Positions 1 to 10,671 of a DNA stretch of 63,700 nucleotides are shown one piece after another. Position numbers and translations under genes: made by a program. The notes below the pieces were generated by a model. That model saw only the letters and a program-made list of their open reading frames with translations, made no database searches and was not told the origin of the DNA. The stretch comes from Octopus sinensis (lineage: Eukaryota): the NCBI RefSeq assembly GCF_006345805.1, contig NW_021824842.1, positions 1-63,700 of the forward strand, written 5' to 3'. Every line of letters starts with the position of its first letter. The stretch's first letter is position 1.

Positions 1-336
1 TTATTTTGTTATCCAATTAACCTACATATTTAGCAATTAACCCACATACACACACACGCACGTACGTGTCTATATGCGTACATATGTGTGTGTGTTGTGT
101 GTGTGTGTGTGTGTGTGTCTTAGATGTGCCCTATATATTTCCTGTACTCTATCACATTCGCAGACCCTCTTCCTTTAACACACCCTAGATGTTTGTAACC
201 AGACTGGCACGTTTACTTGGTCAGTCGGCAAGAACACACACACACACGCGCAAATGTATACATACATGTACATAGTATGCACATATATATATGTGTGTGT
301 GTGTATGTGTGCGTGCACGCGTGAGTGTGTCTGCAC

Positions 337-369
<33 letters not shown>

Positions 370-390
370 AACATATAGGTAGATAGATAG

Positions 391-426
<36 letters not shown>

Positions 427-614
427 GATAGATTGCAGTACGGACACACACATACGCACCCATACACACACACATACATATGTGCGTTTATATATATATA
501 ACATTAGAAAAACCCACCTTATATCAATTCAAATGAGCAATAAATTACAACCATCTAGAAAATACATATAATAGAAAAGGTTTGGATTTTAATCCCTCAA
601 ATAATAATATATAT

Positions 615-646
<32 letters not shown>

Positions 647-650
647 CTAT

Positions 651-694
<44 letters not shown>

Positions 695-699
<5 letters not shown>

Positions 700-980
700 T
701 GTTGTGTTTGGGGAGAGTCATTCTCTTTTTGTGCCTTATAATGTAACACACTCACCGGAAAAATTTCCACTTGTTTCTTATATTTTATTTTCCAAAAATT
801 TTCGTTGCGTCTTGCAACCTTTTCAATAGTTTTCACCCTAAAACCATTGAAAAGGTTGCAAGACGCAACGAAAATTTTTAGAGAAAATAAAAATAAGAAA
901 CAAGTGGAAATTTTTCCGGTGAGTGGTGTTTACATTATAAGGCACAAAAAGAGAATGACTCTCCCAATCACAACAGAATA
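695..980. repeat. Long inverted repeat (about 140-bp arms, 6-nt spacer); two head-to-head copies of a short repeat, each with a hammerhead-like motif
   Basis: 695-833 is the reverse complement of 840-980 with few differences (TATTCTGTTGTGTTTGG...CAATAGTTTT / AAAACCATTG...CACAACAGAATA); spacer CACCCT; left end abuts (TA)n. Confidence 0.9.
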
Positions 981-1140
981 GGCTTCAACACACAAACTCA
1001 CATAATCTTGCAAACTAAATCCAAAAACGAAATAATATATATATATATATATTATATATACTAAGTAATTAAGGTTTAGCAAACGATTTGATGCCTTCTA
1101 GTACCTCGAAATTTAATATAAATTATTCATAATGTAGTGT

Positions 1141-1228
1141 CCTACGCTGATGAGAAAAGAAGTTGGGTAAACATAATTACTAATTCTTATGCTTTCCTAA
1201 ACTTAATTTCGAAACGTACGTCCGTAGG
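1141..1228 (+). ncRNA. Type I hammerhead ribozyme, canonical core
   Basis: Stem I CCTACG(1141-1146)/CGTAGG(1223-1228); core CTGATGA 1147-1153; long stem II closed by GAAA(1154-57)/TTTC(1207-10); GAAA 1211-1214; stem III AC-gtac-GT; GUC cleavage triplet 1220-1222. Confidence 0.85.
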
Positions 1229-1544
1229 TGACTTAAAAGTGTATGATAGATTGCCGTCATTTCTTTCCTCTCTTGCCTGTCTGTGTTTGCCTTTCAAGTG
1301 CTGTGGTTTTACTGAGATCTCCCTTTTAGTAGAAAGAATAGCTATACTCTTTGACTGCTATTTCTAAATTTCGGTGTGTGGTGAGGCAAATCGTTGCTAA
1401 ACCCTTAATTACTTAGTATTACTTAAACTTTCCTCGTGAGGCTTTTACATGCCGAAATCTACTTGGTGAAATTAATGATTATTCCAAATTAATTAATTTC
1501 ACCCTAATTATTACGGATATATTATATATACAGGGAGAGTTACG

Positions 1545-1680
1545 AAAAAACAAAAGACGAAGACAGGTGGTGTACAAAACAAACAGATGTATTAGTATAA
1601 CGCTCAGGAATAGAAAAAGTCTTTTATGTTTCGAGCCTACGCTCTTCTACAGAAAAGGACACAGAATAAACAAGGAGAGA
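1545..1680 (-). mobile_element. Short repeat family H2 with minimal hammerhead-like motif (core CTGTAGA)
   Basis: Minus strand reads TTT CTGTAGA A GAGC gtag GCTC GAAAC ATA AAAG, followed by a CCTGAGCGTT..ACTAATACA segment shared with copies at 36.8, 39.9, 40.2, 53.4 and 62.0 kb. Confidence 0.6.
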
Positions 1681-1987
1681 AAAAATGGATATGTGTGTAT
1701 GTGTATACACACATACATACATAGAAATAGCAGTCAAAAAATCTTAGCTATTCCTTCTACTTTAAAGGGAGTTCCCAGAAAGACCAAAGCACTTGAAAAC
1801 TTGTTTTCTAAACTTAGGTGTGTGGTGAAGCAAATCGTTGCTGAACCCTAATTACATAGTATTACTTAAACTTACCATGAAATGGTCCTTTTTCATGCCG
1901 AATTCTACTTGGTGAAATTACTGATTACTTCTTATTAATTAATTTCACCCTTTGTTATTGTTGATATATATATATATATATATATCT

Positions 1988-2025
<38 letters not shown>

Positions 2026-2361
2026 GGCTGTGTGGTTAAGAAGCTTACTTCATAGCCACATAGTTTCGGGTTCAGTCCCCTGCGTCCACCTTGGTCAAAT
2101 GTCTTGGGCCGACCAGACAATGGCATGTATTTCAATAAGATAGATGAATACAGGTATATCAAATACCAGATGACCTAAGGTCACGTAGCTGTGACCTATG
2201 ACCTCCCATTCAGTACGGCGCCTCATCCCGGGTATTACCAACAACGGCATACAGTTGTGGTCGTCAGAAGTCTGCACGACCAAGCATCGGTAGGCGTTTG
2301 ATGTGATTGGCTACAACAAGAGCTAAATCCTGAATGCTAAAATTGGCACGAACTGAGCGCA

Positions 2362-2852
2362 TGTGTGTGTGTAAATGTGAGTGTGTGTGTGTGTAAGTGT
2401 GAATGTGTGTGTGTATGTGTGTGTGAGTGTGTGTGTGTGAGTGTGTGTGTGTGAGTGTGTGTGTATGTGTAAGTGTGTGTGAGTGTGTAAGTATGTGTGT
2501 GTGTGTAAGTGTGAGTGCGTGTGTGTATGTGTAAGTGTGTGTAAGTGTGAGTGTATGTGTGAGTGTATGTGTAAGTGTGTGTGTAAGTGTGAGTATGTGT
2601 AAGTGTGTGTGTGTGTATGTGTAAGTGTGTGTGTGTATAAGTGTGTTTGTGTAAGTGTGTGTGTGTGTGAGTGTATGTGTAAGTGTGTGTGTAAGTGTGA
2701 GTATGTGTAAGTGTGTGTGTGTGTATGTGTAAGTGTGTGTGTGTATAAGTGTGTTTGTGTAAGTGTGTGTGTGTGTGAGTGTGTAAGTGTGTTTGTGTAA
2801 GTGTGTGTGTAAGTATGTAAGTGTGTGTGTGTAAGGTGTGTGTGTGTGTGTA
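2362..2852. repeat. Compound (TG)n/TGTAAG/TGAG microsatellite
   Basis: Direct reading; source of the His/Thr/Leu pseudo-ORFs. Confidence 0.95.
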
Positions 2853-3017
2853 CACAAACATGAAAGAAGTAAGACAGACACATCCTATAAAACATTGTTT
2901 TATGTGTATTTTAACTCGAAAAAAGGTTTATATGTTTTTTTTTTTATTAATTGACATTTTTATGTTTCAGGTTTTATTTGCGACTGTTTAAGAAATGGCG
3001 CATACAAAAGAAGGCTT

Positions 3018-3435
3018 GGATCTTTTCTGTTTGACCGGCAGTTTTTTCTAGCGGTGTCATATGAAATTGTCACCCATAATTATGACCCTAGTATCGATCT
3101 ATAGCATTTCAATCTGTTTTAGGGTTATGGTTGGGCGGAAGGGTATCTTTTTTTCTTCAGAAATGTAAATAAACCCAATCTGTTTCTTAAACGAGGGACA
3201 TATTCATACTGCACAGAATGTCTTTTTTTTTTTACCTCAATAGACGTCATTGATTGGTTGAAATTGCAGAAATTGAAGAAAAAACCAACAAATATCTTAC
3301 AAACTATAGAATTTTCTCAAGAAAGCCATGAGAAAAAGATGTTTTATAAATACATTCTACCAGTATACGAAGTTTAAAAGTGCTTAGTTACGTGGAAATT
3401 ATTTAAAAATACTGCCGGTCAAATCGAAAAGATCC
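3018..3435. mobile_element. MITE with 25-bp TIRs and 8-bp TSD (Merlin-, hAT- or P-like)
   Basis: Left TIR GGATCTTTTCTGTTTGACCGGCAGT 3018-3042; right ACTGCCGGTCAAATCGAAAAGATCC 3411-3435 (23/25); flanks GAAGGCTT / GAAGTCTT (7/8). Confidence 0.85.
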
Positions 3436-3499
3436 GAAGTCTTGGAACTGTCCTACTTTCAAAGACTGTGGGTCAGACTGTGGGTCAGTCTGAAGGTAG

Positions 3500-4265
3500 A
3501 CTTTGTGGAAAATCACAGAAAACCTTTGGGATCCTGCTTTCTACAGTTAATAGAGTGATTGTGCAATCTGCCAGAAAGGAGGAAAGTTGACCAGGGCCTT
3601 CTGACAGGATCCTTGGCCGTCCAAGAATTTGGACCTGGAGATCTCCATTTCCAGCAACTTCGAGGGCCACCTCGCAGTGGTGTCGGGCGTCAACGAAGAG
3701 CCCTTGACTACAACAAGACGACCAAAGTTTTTTTTTTAAGGTCTGGGTTCTCCCGCCCCTAAGCCCTAGACCACTACCTAAGCGCCCTTAACCATCTTGT
3801 TGCTTAGCAACAACAACAACAACGACAGGATCCTTCGTTTTGGTAAGAGAAGTGTGGAGGATAATCCCCGTTGCAAGGCCTCTGACTTAGCAGAGCATGT
3901 CGATGTCAGTCCCAGAACAGCTGCCAGGAATCTCCACAAACTTGGCTACTTTGGCAGAGCAGCAAGAAGGAAACCACTTCTTTGACCAGCCCAATATATC
4001 ACACGGTTAAAAAGACCCAAGATTGGAAGGGAATGACATTAAAATGCTTCCATTGCCAACCAGTCACCTGATGTGAACCTTATTGAACGCTTCTGGGGTA
4101 TAATGGACAGGACACTTTGTAAAAAGAATGAGAAAGCATCTTGAAAACCAGATCCTTTGAGATTGCGGCTTAAAACTTAGCAAGAAATTCTTCAAGGGAA
4201 TATTTGTCATCTGATCAGTAGCATGCCTATTGAAAAATGCAAAGGACCTGTCTACTAAATATTAG
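3500..4265 (+). pseudogene. Decayed, internally deleted Tc1-family transposase
   Basis: Translates to HTH-region RSVEDNPRCKASDLAEH...LHKLGYFGRAARRKPLL and ANQSPDVNLIERFWGIMDR (4055-4111, Tc1 SPDLNPIE motif). Stops, frameshifts, the DD part of the catalytic core missing, and interrupted by an insertion. Confidence 0.8.
3615..3823 (+). mobile_element. 5'-truncated retroposon 3' end with (AAC)n tail, inserted into the Tc1 remnant
   Basis: Perfect 12-bp TSD GACAGGATCCTT at 3603-3614 and 3824-3835; CAACAACAACAACAAC immediately before the second copy. Confidence 0.85.
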
Positions 4266-4367
4266 ATATTCTCATTATAATGATTAATGAATAATTTGAA
4301 GGTATAATTTCGGATTTGAATAGATTTTAATGATTATAAGATTGTCTATTTACTTCTGTCTTGTCTG

Positions 4368-4700
4368 TGTATATATGTATGTACGTATGTGTGTGTATAT
4401 GTATGTATGTACGTATGTGTGTGTATGTGTGTATGTGTGTGTATGTACGTATGTATGTATATATGTATGTATGTATGTGTGTGTATGTATGTATGTACGT
4501 ATGTATGTATGTATGTATGTATGTGTGTGTATATATGTATGTGTGTATGTGTGTGTGTATGCATGTATGTACTATGGATATGTATGTATGTATGGATATG
4601 TATGTATGTGTGTATGTATGTACGTAGTATGTATGTATGTATGTATGTATGTATGTATGTACGTAGTATGTAGGTATGTATGTATGTGTGTATGTATGTA
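4368..4700. repeat. (TATG)n/(TG)n microsatellite
   Basis: Direct reading. Confidence 0.95.
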
Positions 4701-4703
4701 CGT

Positions 4704-5410
4704 CTCTTCTGTATTTAACCATCTAAGTTCTTCCCTGAAGAAGGAACTGGTTTCTAACAAAGACACGAAGCTCCATCTTTGCAATGTAGATAACGAATAC
4801 AATGTCACATTTTAAACCCGAGAAAAGTCTTGCAGAGCTTTACTGTTCCGCTTAACAAATTGTATTTGTAATGTGCCAATCAGTTGGTTGATTTCTTTTC
4901 CTGAAAATCCAAACTTACCCATGCTGGCAGTTAGGCATTTACATTCAAAAACCAAGTGCTCCACTTATTATAAGTATAAACGTAAATTTGCAATCCGGAT
5001 ATAAAAGCTGGAGGTTTCGAAAGCTGTTGTCCATAGTCATCTTCTGTCTCTTTGATTTTTCCAAAGAGATACTCACATCAGAACATCAGCTGACCTCTAT
5101 GACGATACATACATTTTCTTGTCTGTCCCGAATAACAATATCCGGCTTGTTATGCGTACACTTGACATGTTTTGAGGGGAATATTTCACCAGAATTTCTT
5201 GTGCAGATGTCTGTGTGCGCATTCAGTAAACAAGGGGATTCTCTATATTTATTCAAGGATAGTCGTTTTGTTTTATTAATTTTTATTCCGAATGACATTG
5301 TATATTGTTTGTTTTTGCGACAACGTCATGTCGCACAGCGCGGTTGTACCTTGATGACGTTTTTTGGTCAGCTGCTAATCACGTGTGCGATGTCTTCCAC
5401 GGGAATCTAC
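4704..5410 (-). mobile_element. 5'-truncated R4/Dong-like non-LTR retrotransposon (restriction-like endonuclease C-terminus plus 3' UTR)
   Basis: Minus-strand translation with frameshifts: EDIAHVISS*P..RHDVVAK (CCHC knuckle remnant plus RHD), HNKPDIVIRDRQENVCIVIEVS (PD..D/E RLE motif), SGTVKLCKTFLGFKM* (stop 4805-4807). Confidence 0.8.
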
Positions 5411-5791
5411 TATAATAATACTCGTATGAATGAGAAAGGAAGGGGTGACGGATGGATAAGGAAGGAAGGAGTGTTGGCAAACTGGTAGTGGGCGCGTTTC
5501 AACTCTGTGTGAGTATGTGTGTGTGTGTATGTAAAAGGGAGGTATCTGAATGTGTGTGTGTGTGTGTCAATGGAAGTGGGATGGTGAATATTCAAAGCTG
5601 AAAAGAAAAATCAAACAGCGTTTCAACTCTATGTGATTATATATATGTGTGTTGTGTGTGTGTGTGTGTGTACAAGGGAAGTGTGAAAGTTTGTAGGTGT
5701 GAACTAGCGTTCTTTCAGTAACAAACGATGATTGATGTCACATCTCAAAAGACAACCACTGGATAACATTGACAAGTGTATTAATTTGATT

Positions 5792-6081
5792 AGGAGGCGC
5801 AATGACCCAGTGGTTAGGGCAGCGGACTCGCGGTTGTAGAGTCGTGGTCTCGATTCCCAGACCGGGCGTTGTGAGTGTTTATTGAGCGAAAACACCTAAA
5901 AGCTCCACGAGGCTCCGGCAGGGGGTGGTGGCGATCCCTGCTGTACTCTTTCGCCACAACTTTCTCTCACTCTTTCTTCTGTTGGCCTGCTCGCTTAGCC
6001 AGCGGGGTGGCATCATTTGAAGGCTAAAACAATGCGAAACGCATTGTGACCAGCGATGTGTAGCAACATCTGATAGCCTGG
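5792..6081 (+). mobile_element. tRNA-derived SINE, head type B, tail 1
   Basis: A-box-like GACCCAGTGGTTAGG and B-box-like GGTCTCGATTCCC; body AAACACCTAAAAGCTCCAC...CCACAACTTTCTCTCACTCTT shared with the 9565 and 25146 copies. Confidence 0.8.
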
Positions 6082-6539
6082 AAAAAAATTTTAAAATAAA
6101 AAATTAATTTTATTTACCATCCATATTTATGTATAAAATACTGGAATTAGTATGACATAATCTACATTTACAGTTGCATCTTGGAATTCCAAGAGATTCA
6201 CTGTCCCTTTTGTTGATGAGGTATTTATGTATGTATGTATGTATACACGACGGGCTTCTTTCATTTCCAACTACTAAATCCACTCACAAGATCGTGATCG
6301 GCTTGGAGACCAAGGTGCCACGCAGTGGGACTGTACCCGGAACGACGTGTTTGGAAAGCAAGCTTCTTACCACACAACAACGTCTGCGTCCCTGTATATT
6401 TGTATTTTTAAAAATTGGGGGGGGGGTCGCCAGATGTTGCAAAGTGTTTCAAGGGCCGAAAGTTTCGTGTTTGGAAATTATGTACGAAACCCTTGGACCG
6501 TTGAGTCCCGATTAAAAATAACAACAAAAATAAAGTCAC

Positions 6540-6652
6540 ACACACACACATACATTCACACACACACATACATACAGACATACATACATACAGACATACA
6601 TACATACACACACACATACATACATACATACATACATACATACATACATACA

Positions 6653-6684
<32 letters not shown>

Positions 6685-7310
6685 CACACATACATACATA
6701 CGTACGTACATACATACATACCTACATACATTCATACGTACATACATACATACCTACATACATTCATACATTCATACATACATACATACATACATACATA
6801 CACACACATACATACATACATACATACATACATACATACATACATACACACACACACATACACACATACATACATACATACATACATGCATACATACACA
6901 CATACATACATACGTACATACATACATACATATATACATACAGACATACATACAGACAAACAGACATACATACATACATACATACATACATACATACATA
7001 CATACATACACACATACACACACACACATACATACATACATACATACATACAAACACACACACATACATACATACACATACATACATACATACATACATA
7101 CATACATACATACATACATACAACACACACCACATACATACATACATACACATACATACATACATACATACATACATACATACATACATACATACATACA
7201 CACACACATACATACATACATACACAGACGCACACGTATATGCGTAAATACATATACATGTACATACATATGAATTTATATACATTCATACACACACACA
7301 CACACATGCC
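6540..7310. repeat. (CATA)n/(CA)n microsatellite
   Basis: Direct reading. Confidence 0.95.
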
Positions 7311-7754
7311 CGCACGTACGCACGAACACTCATACAAGAGACTACAACGATGTAATTTCGGTTAAATCTAGCTGTTATTTCTAGCAGGCCGGGCACCATG
7401 ACCGTACGGACGTTCATTTCTTCACTTCTGTCTTTCCCCAAATTCCAACCGCTTCAATTACTACACCATTGCTCATCCATACCTTCCACGTTCTCTCCAC
7501 TGCGCATGCGTAATACAAACTTTGTTTACGTTGACACCGACTCCCATCCTTTAATTAATGTTTACATCTTTGGACTTTAATTAATTTCAAACTATTTATT
7601 TGTAGAAATATCACCGTCATTAGCCGTAGTATTGTCATTATTTGGCCATTATTTATTAATATCACTATTTATATATTTATTACAATAATAAACGAAGTCC
7701 ACTTTAGCCAACAGACCGAACTCACATGGAAGCCAAGGTAATTCCATATTATTC

Positions 7755-7856
7755 CATCTATCCGTCTGTCTCTTTGTCTATCCATCTATCTATCTATCCA
7801 TCTATCTGTCTATCTATCTGTCTACCTACCTACCTATCTGTCTGTCTGTCTATCTA

Positions 7857-7888
<32 letters not shown>

Positions 7889-7928
7889 TCTATCTGTCTA
7901 TCTATCTGTCTACCTACCTACCTACCTA

Positions 7929-7964
<36 letters not shown>

Positions 7965-8385
7965 TCTATCTATATCTATCTATCCATCTATCTGTCTATC
8001 TATCTTTCTATCTACCTACCTATCTATCTGTCTGTCTATCTCTCTATCTATCTCTCTATCTATCTATCTATCTAGCTATCTATCTATCCATCTATCTGTC
8101 TATCCATCTATCTACCTATCTATCTATCTATCTGTCTGTCCTATCTATCTATCTACCTACCTATCTATCTACCTATCTATCTATCTATCTGTCTGTCTAT
8201 CTATCTATCTTCTATCTATCTATCCATCTATCTGTCTGTCTGTCTATCTATCTATCTGTCTGTCTATCTATCTACCTACCTATCTATCTGTCTGTCTATC
8301 TATCTATGTATCTATCTACCTACCCACCTATCCATCCATTCATCCATCTATTTCCATACATGCATACACATACATACATATGTAG
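7755..8385. repeat. (TCTA)n/(TCTG)n/(CCTA)n microsatellite
   Basis: Direct reading. Confidence 0.95.
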
Positions 8386-8895
8386 GCGACAGTAAAGAAT
8401 ACGTACACCCAGTGTTTAGGGTTAAGGGTTAAGGTTAGCGTTAGGATTTTCGTTATGCCGAAAACGGGTGGTGTAAGTATTCTTTACACCAGTGGTGTAA
8501 GTATTATTTACACCACCCATTTATATATACCTACGTATGTAGGTATATATCTCTATATACGTAGGTATATATCTCTCTATCTGTTGTGCCTTTGGCATGT
8601 CCCATCGTGTCAGAACCATGCTGGAATCTGTCGCAGCATCAAGGAATGTTTACATGTTTTTGTTCTTCCTTAGACTTCTGCTGTTACTGTAGCCATTGTG
8701 AGGTACCGGTGAAAAACATGCATGTAAGTCAACTTTACCAAACAATATTCCTTATAAGCTCAGAAAATTCTTATGACAAAAGTGTAGTGTATGGCAGAGG
8801 TGAGAGTCAAAGTACCCTGCTGTAATTTTATTAGGTGAAGACCAGAGTTCAATTTCTATCGGGTTCATTTGCCTTTCATCCCCACTCTAGGGTCA

Positions 8896-9205
8896 TTAGA
8901 TATCATCATCATTTAATGTCTGTTGTCCATGCTGGCATGGGTTGGACGATTTGACCAGGGCAGTCAAGCTGAGGGGGATCACCAGACTCCAGTCTGATTT
9001 GGCATGGTTCCTATGGCTGGATGCCCTTCCTAACATGCCAACCACTCTGAGAGTGTAATGGGTGCTTTTACATGCCAGTTGCGTGACACCGGTGTCTACC
9101 ATGACTAAGATTTCACTTCACTTGATGGGTCGTCCAATCAAGCACGGCATATTGCCAAGGGCCTTGGTCGTTTGTCATTGCCTTCCCACCTCCCTAACAT
9201 AGGAA
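8896..9205 (-). mobile_element. RTE-like LINE 3' terminus with (GAT)n tail
   Basis: ORF end NDQGPWQYAVLDWTTHQVK*, then TTAGGAAGGGCATCCAGC...CCAACCCATGC...AAATGATGATGAT. Near-identical architecture at 25575-25855 (+). Confidence 0.65.
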
Positions 9206-9564
9206 CCTCGTATCTCAATCAGTGGTTGTGAACCTTTTTAATATCCAGGCCAGACCCAAAACCTGGATATTTTTAGGGTGCTGCACCAAAAAGGTAAAAT
9301 TCAAGTCAGCATCATTTAACGTCCATCTTTCATGCTGGCATAGGTTCGATGGTTTGACAGGAGCCGGCCAGGCAGAAGACTGCACTGGGCTCCTGTGTCT
9401 GTTTTGGCATGGTTTTTATGGCTGGATGCCCTTCCTAACACCAACCACTCAGCAGAGTGGACTTACTGCATTTTACATGGCACCAGCAGAGGTGAGGTCA
9501 GTTTTGGCAAGGTTTTTACAGCTGGATGCCCTTCCCTAACACCAACCACTTTACTGTGTGGACT

Positions 9565-9872
9565 AGTGGAGGCACGTGGCCTAGTGGTTAGTGCAGCGGA
9601 CTCGCGGTCGAGGGATCGCGGGTTCGAATCTCAGACCGGGCAGTGTGTGTGTTTATGAGGCGAAACACCTAAGCTCCACACGTCTCCGGCAGAAGGTAAT
9701 GGCGAACTTCTGCTGACTCTTTTGCCACAACTTTCTCTCACTCTTTCCTCCTCCTGCATCTAGCAGCTCACCTGCGACAGACCGGCGTCCCGTCCAGTTG
9801 GGGAACCTATACGCCAAGGAAACCGGGAATCTGGCCCTTATGAGCTAGGAATGGCTCGAGTAGGAACAAACA
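9565..9872 (+). mobile_element. tRNA-derived SINE, head type B, tail 2, nested in an RTE-type copy
   Basis: 12-bp TSD ACTGTGTGGACT at 9553-9564 and 9873-9884; A box GGCCTAGTGGTTAG, B box GGTTCGAATCT. Confidence 0.85.
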
Positions 9873-9922
9873 ACTGTGTGGACTGGATGCTTTGTACATA
9901 GTTCAACCGACACAATAGGCAC

Positions 9923-10075
9923 AGGAGTGGCTGTGTGGTAAGTAGCTTACTAACCAACCACATGGTTCCAGGTTCAGTCCCACTTGGGCAAGTGTCTTCT
10001 GCTATAGCCTCGGGCCGACCAAAGCCTTGTGAGTGGATTTGGTAGATGGAAACTGAAAGAAGCCTGTAGTATATA

Positions 10076-10157
<82 letters not shown>

Positions 10158-10367
10158 AATATGTTTGTGTGTCTGTGTTTGTCCCCCTAGCATCGCTTGA
10201 GAACCGATGCTGGTGTGTTTATGACCCGTTACCTAGCGGTTCGGCAAAAGAGACTGATAGAATAAGTACTGAGCTTACAAAGAATAAGTCCCGGGGTCGA
10301 GTTGCTCGACTAAAGGCGGTGCTCCAGCATGGCCGCAATCAAATGACTGAAACAAGTAAAAGAGAGA
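9923..10367 (+). mobile_element. tRNA-derived SINE family A, near full length with internal (TA)n
   Basis: Head GGAGTGGCTGTGTGGTAAG...GGTTCAGTCCC, body GGGCAAGTGTCTT...GGAAACTGAAAGAAGCC, (TA)n(TG)n, tail ...GACTGAAACAAGTAAAAGAG. About 20 full or partial copies occur in the window. Confidence 0.85.
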
Positions 10368-10671
10368 GTAAGTCAATGTGTGGCAAACAAAATAGGAATT
10401 TTGAAAGAAGTTTCTATAAAACTAGTTTTTAAACATCGAATGGCTAGCAGGGGTCAGCCAGAATGAAATAGTAACCAAAGGGGTCTGTAGATAAAAAAAT
10501 GGTTGAGAACCCCTGGTCTAGAGGGATGATGATCTTGGAAGGAAGGATTGGTTATATGGCTTGTGTGGGATGGGACTGGACTCAACAACGTTGATAAGAA
10601 GAGGAGAGATGAGTGTATTGGGGAAACCTCCATAAATCCAGATAGCTATGAGGAGTAGAGGCCATTGTAGT

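Larger units (their letters stand above)
1060..1955. mobile_element. Patchwork of direct and inverted partial copies of one short repeat family (Penelope-like pLTR-type architecture)
   Basis: About 1363-1520 and 1805-1955 are diverged direct copies; 1720-1800 is an inverted copy of about 1290-1366; 1060-1095 is an inverted copy of about 1385-1416. The region contains the hammerhead at 1141-1228. The PLE assignment is inferred. Confidence 0.55.

Noticed and set aside
2225-2270. Minus-strand CTGACGA followed by a hairpin
   Set aside because: Followed by TAATAC rather than GAAA, and no stem I.
9220-10515. Possible hAT element ends (CAGTGGTTGTGAACC … GGTTGAGAACCCCTG) enclosing nested SINEs
   Set aside because: The flanking 8-mers (ATCTCAAT vs GTCTAGAG) do not match, so the two ends cannot be assigned to one insertion.
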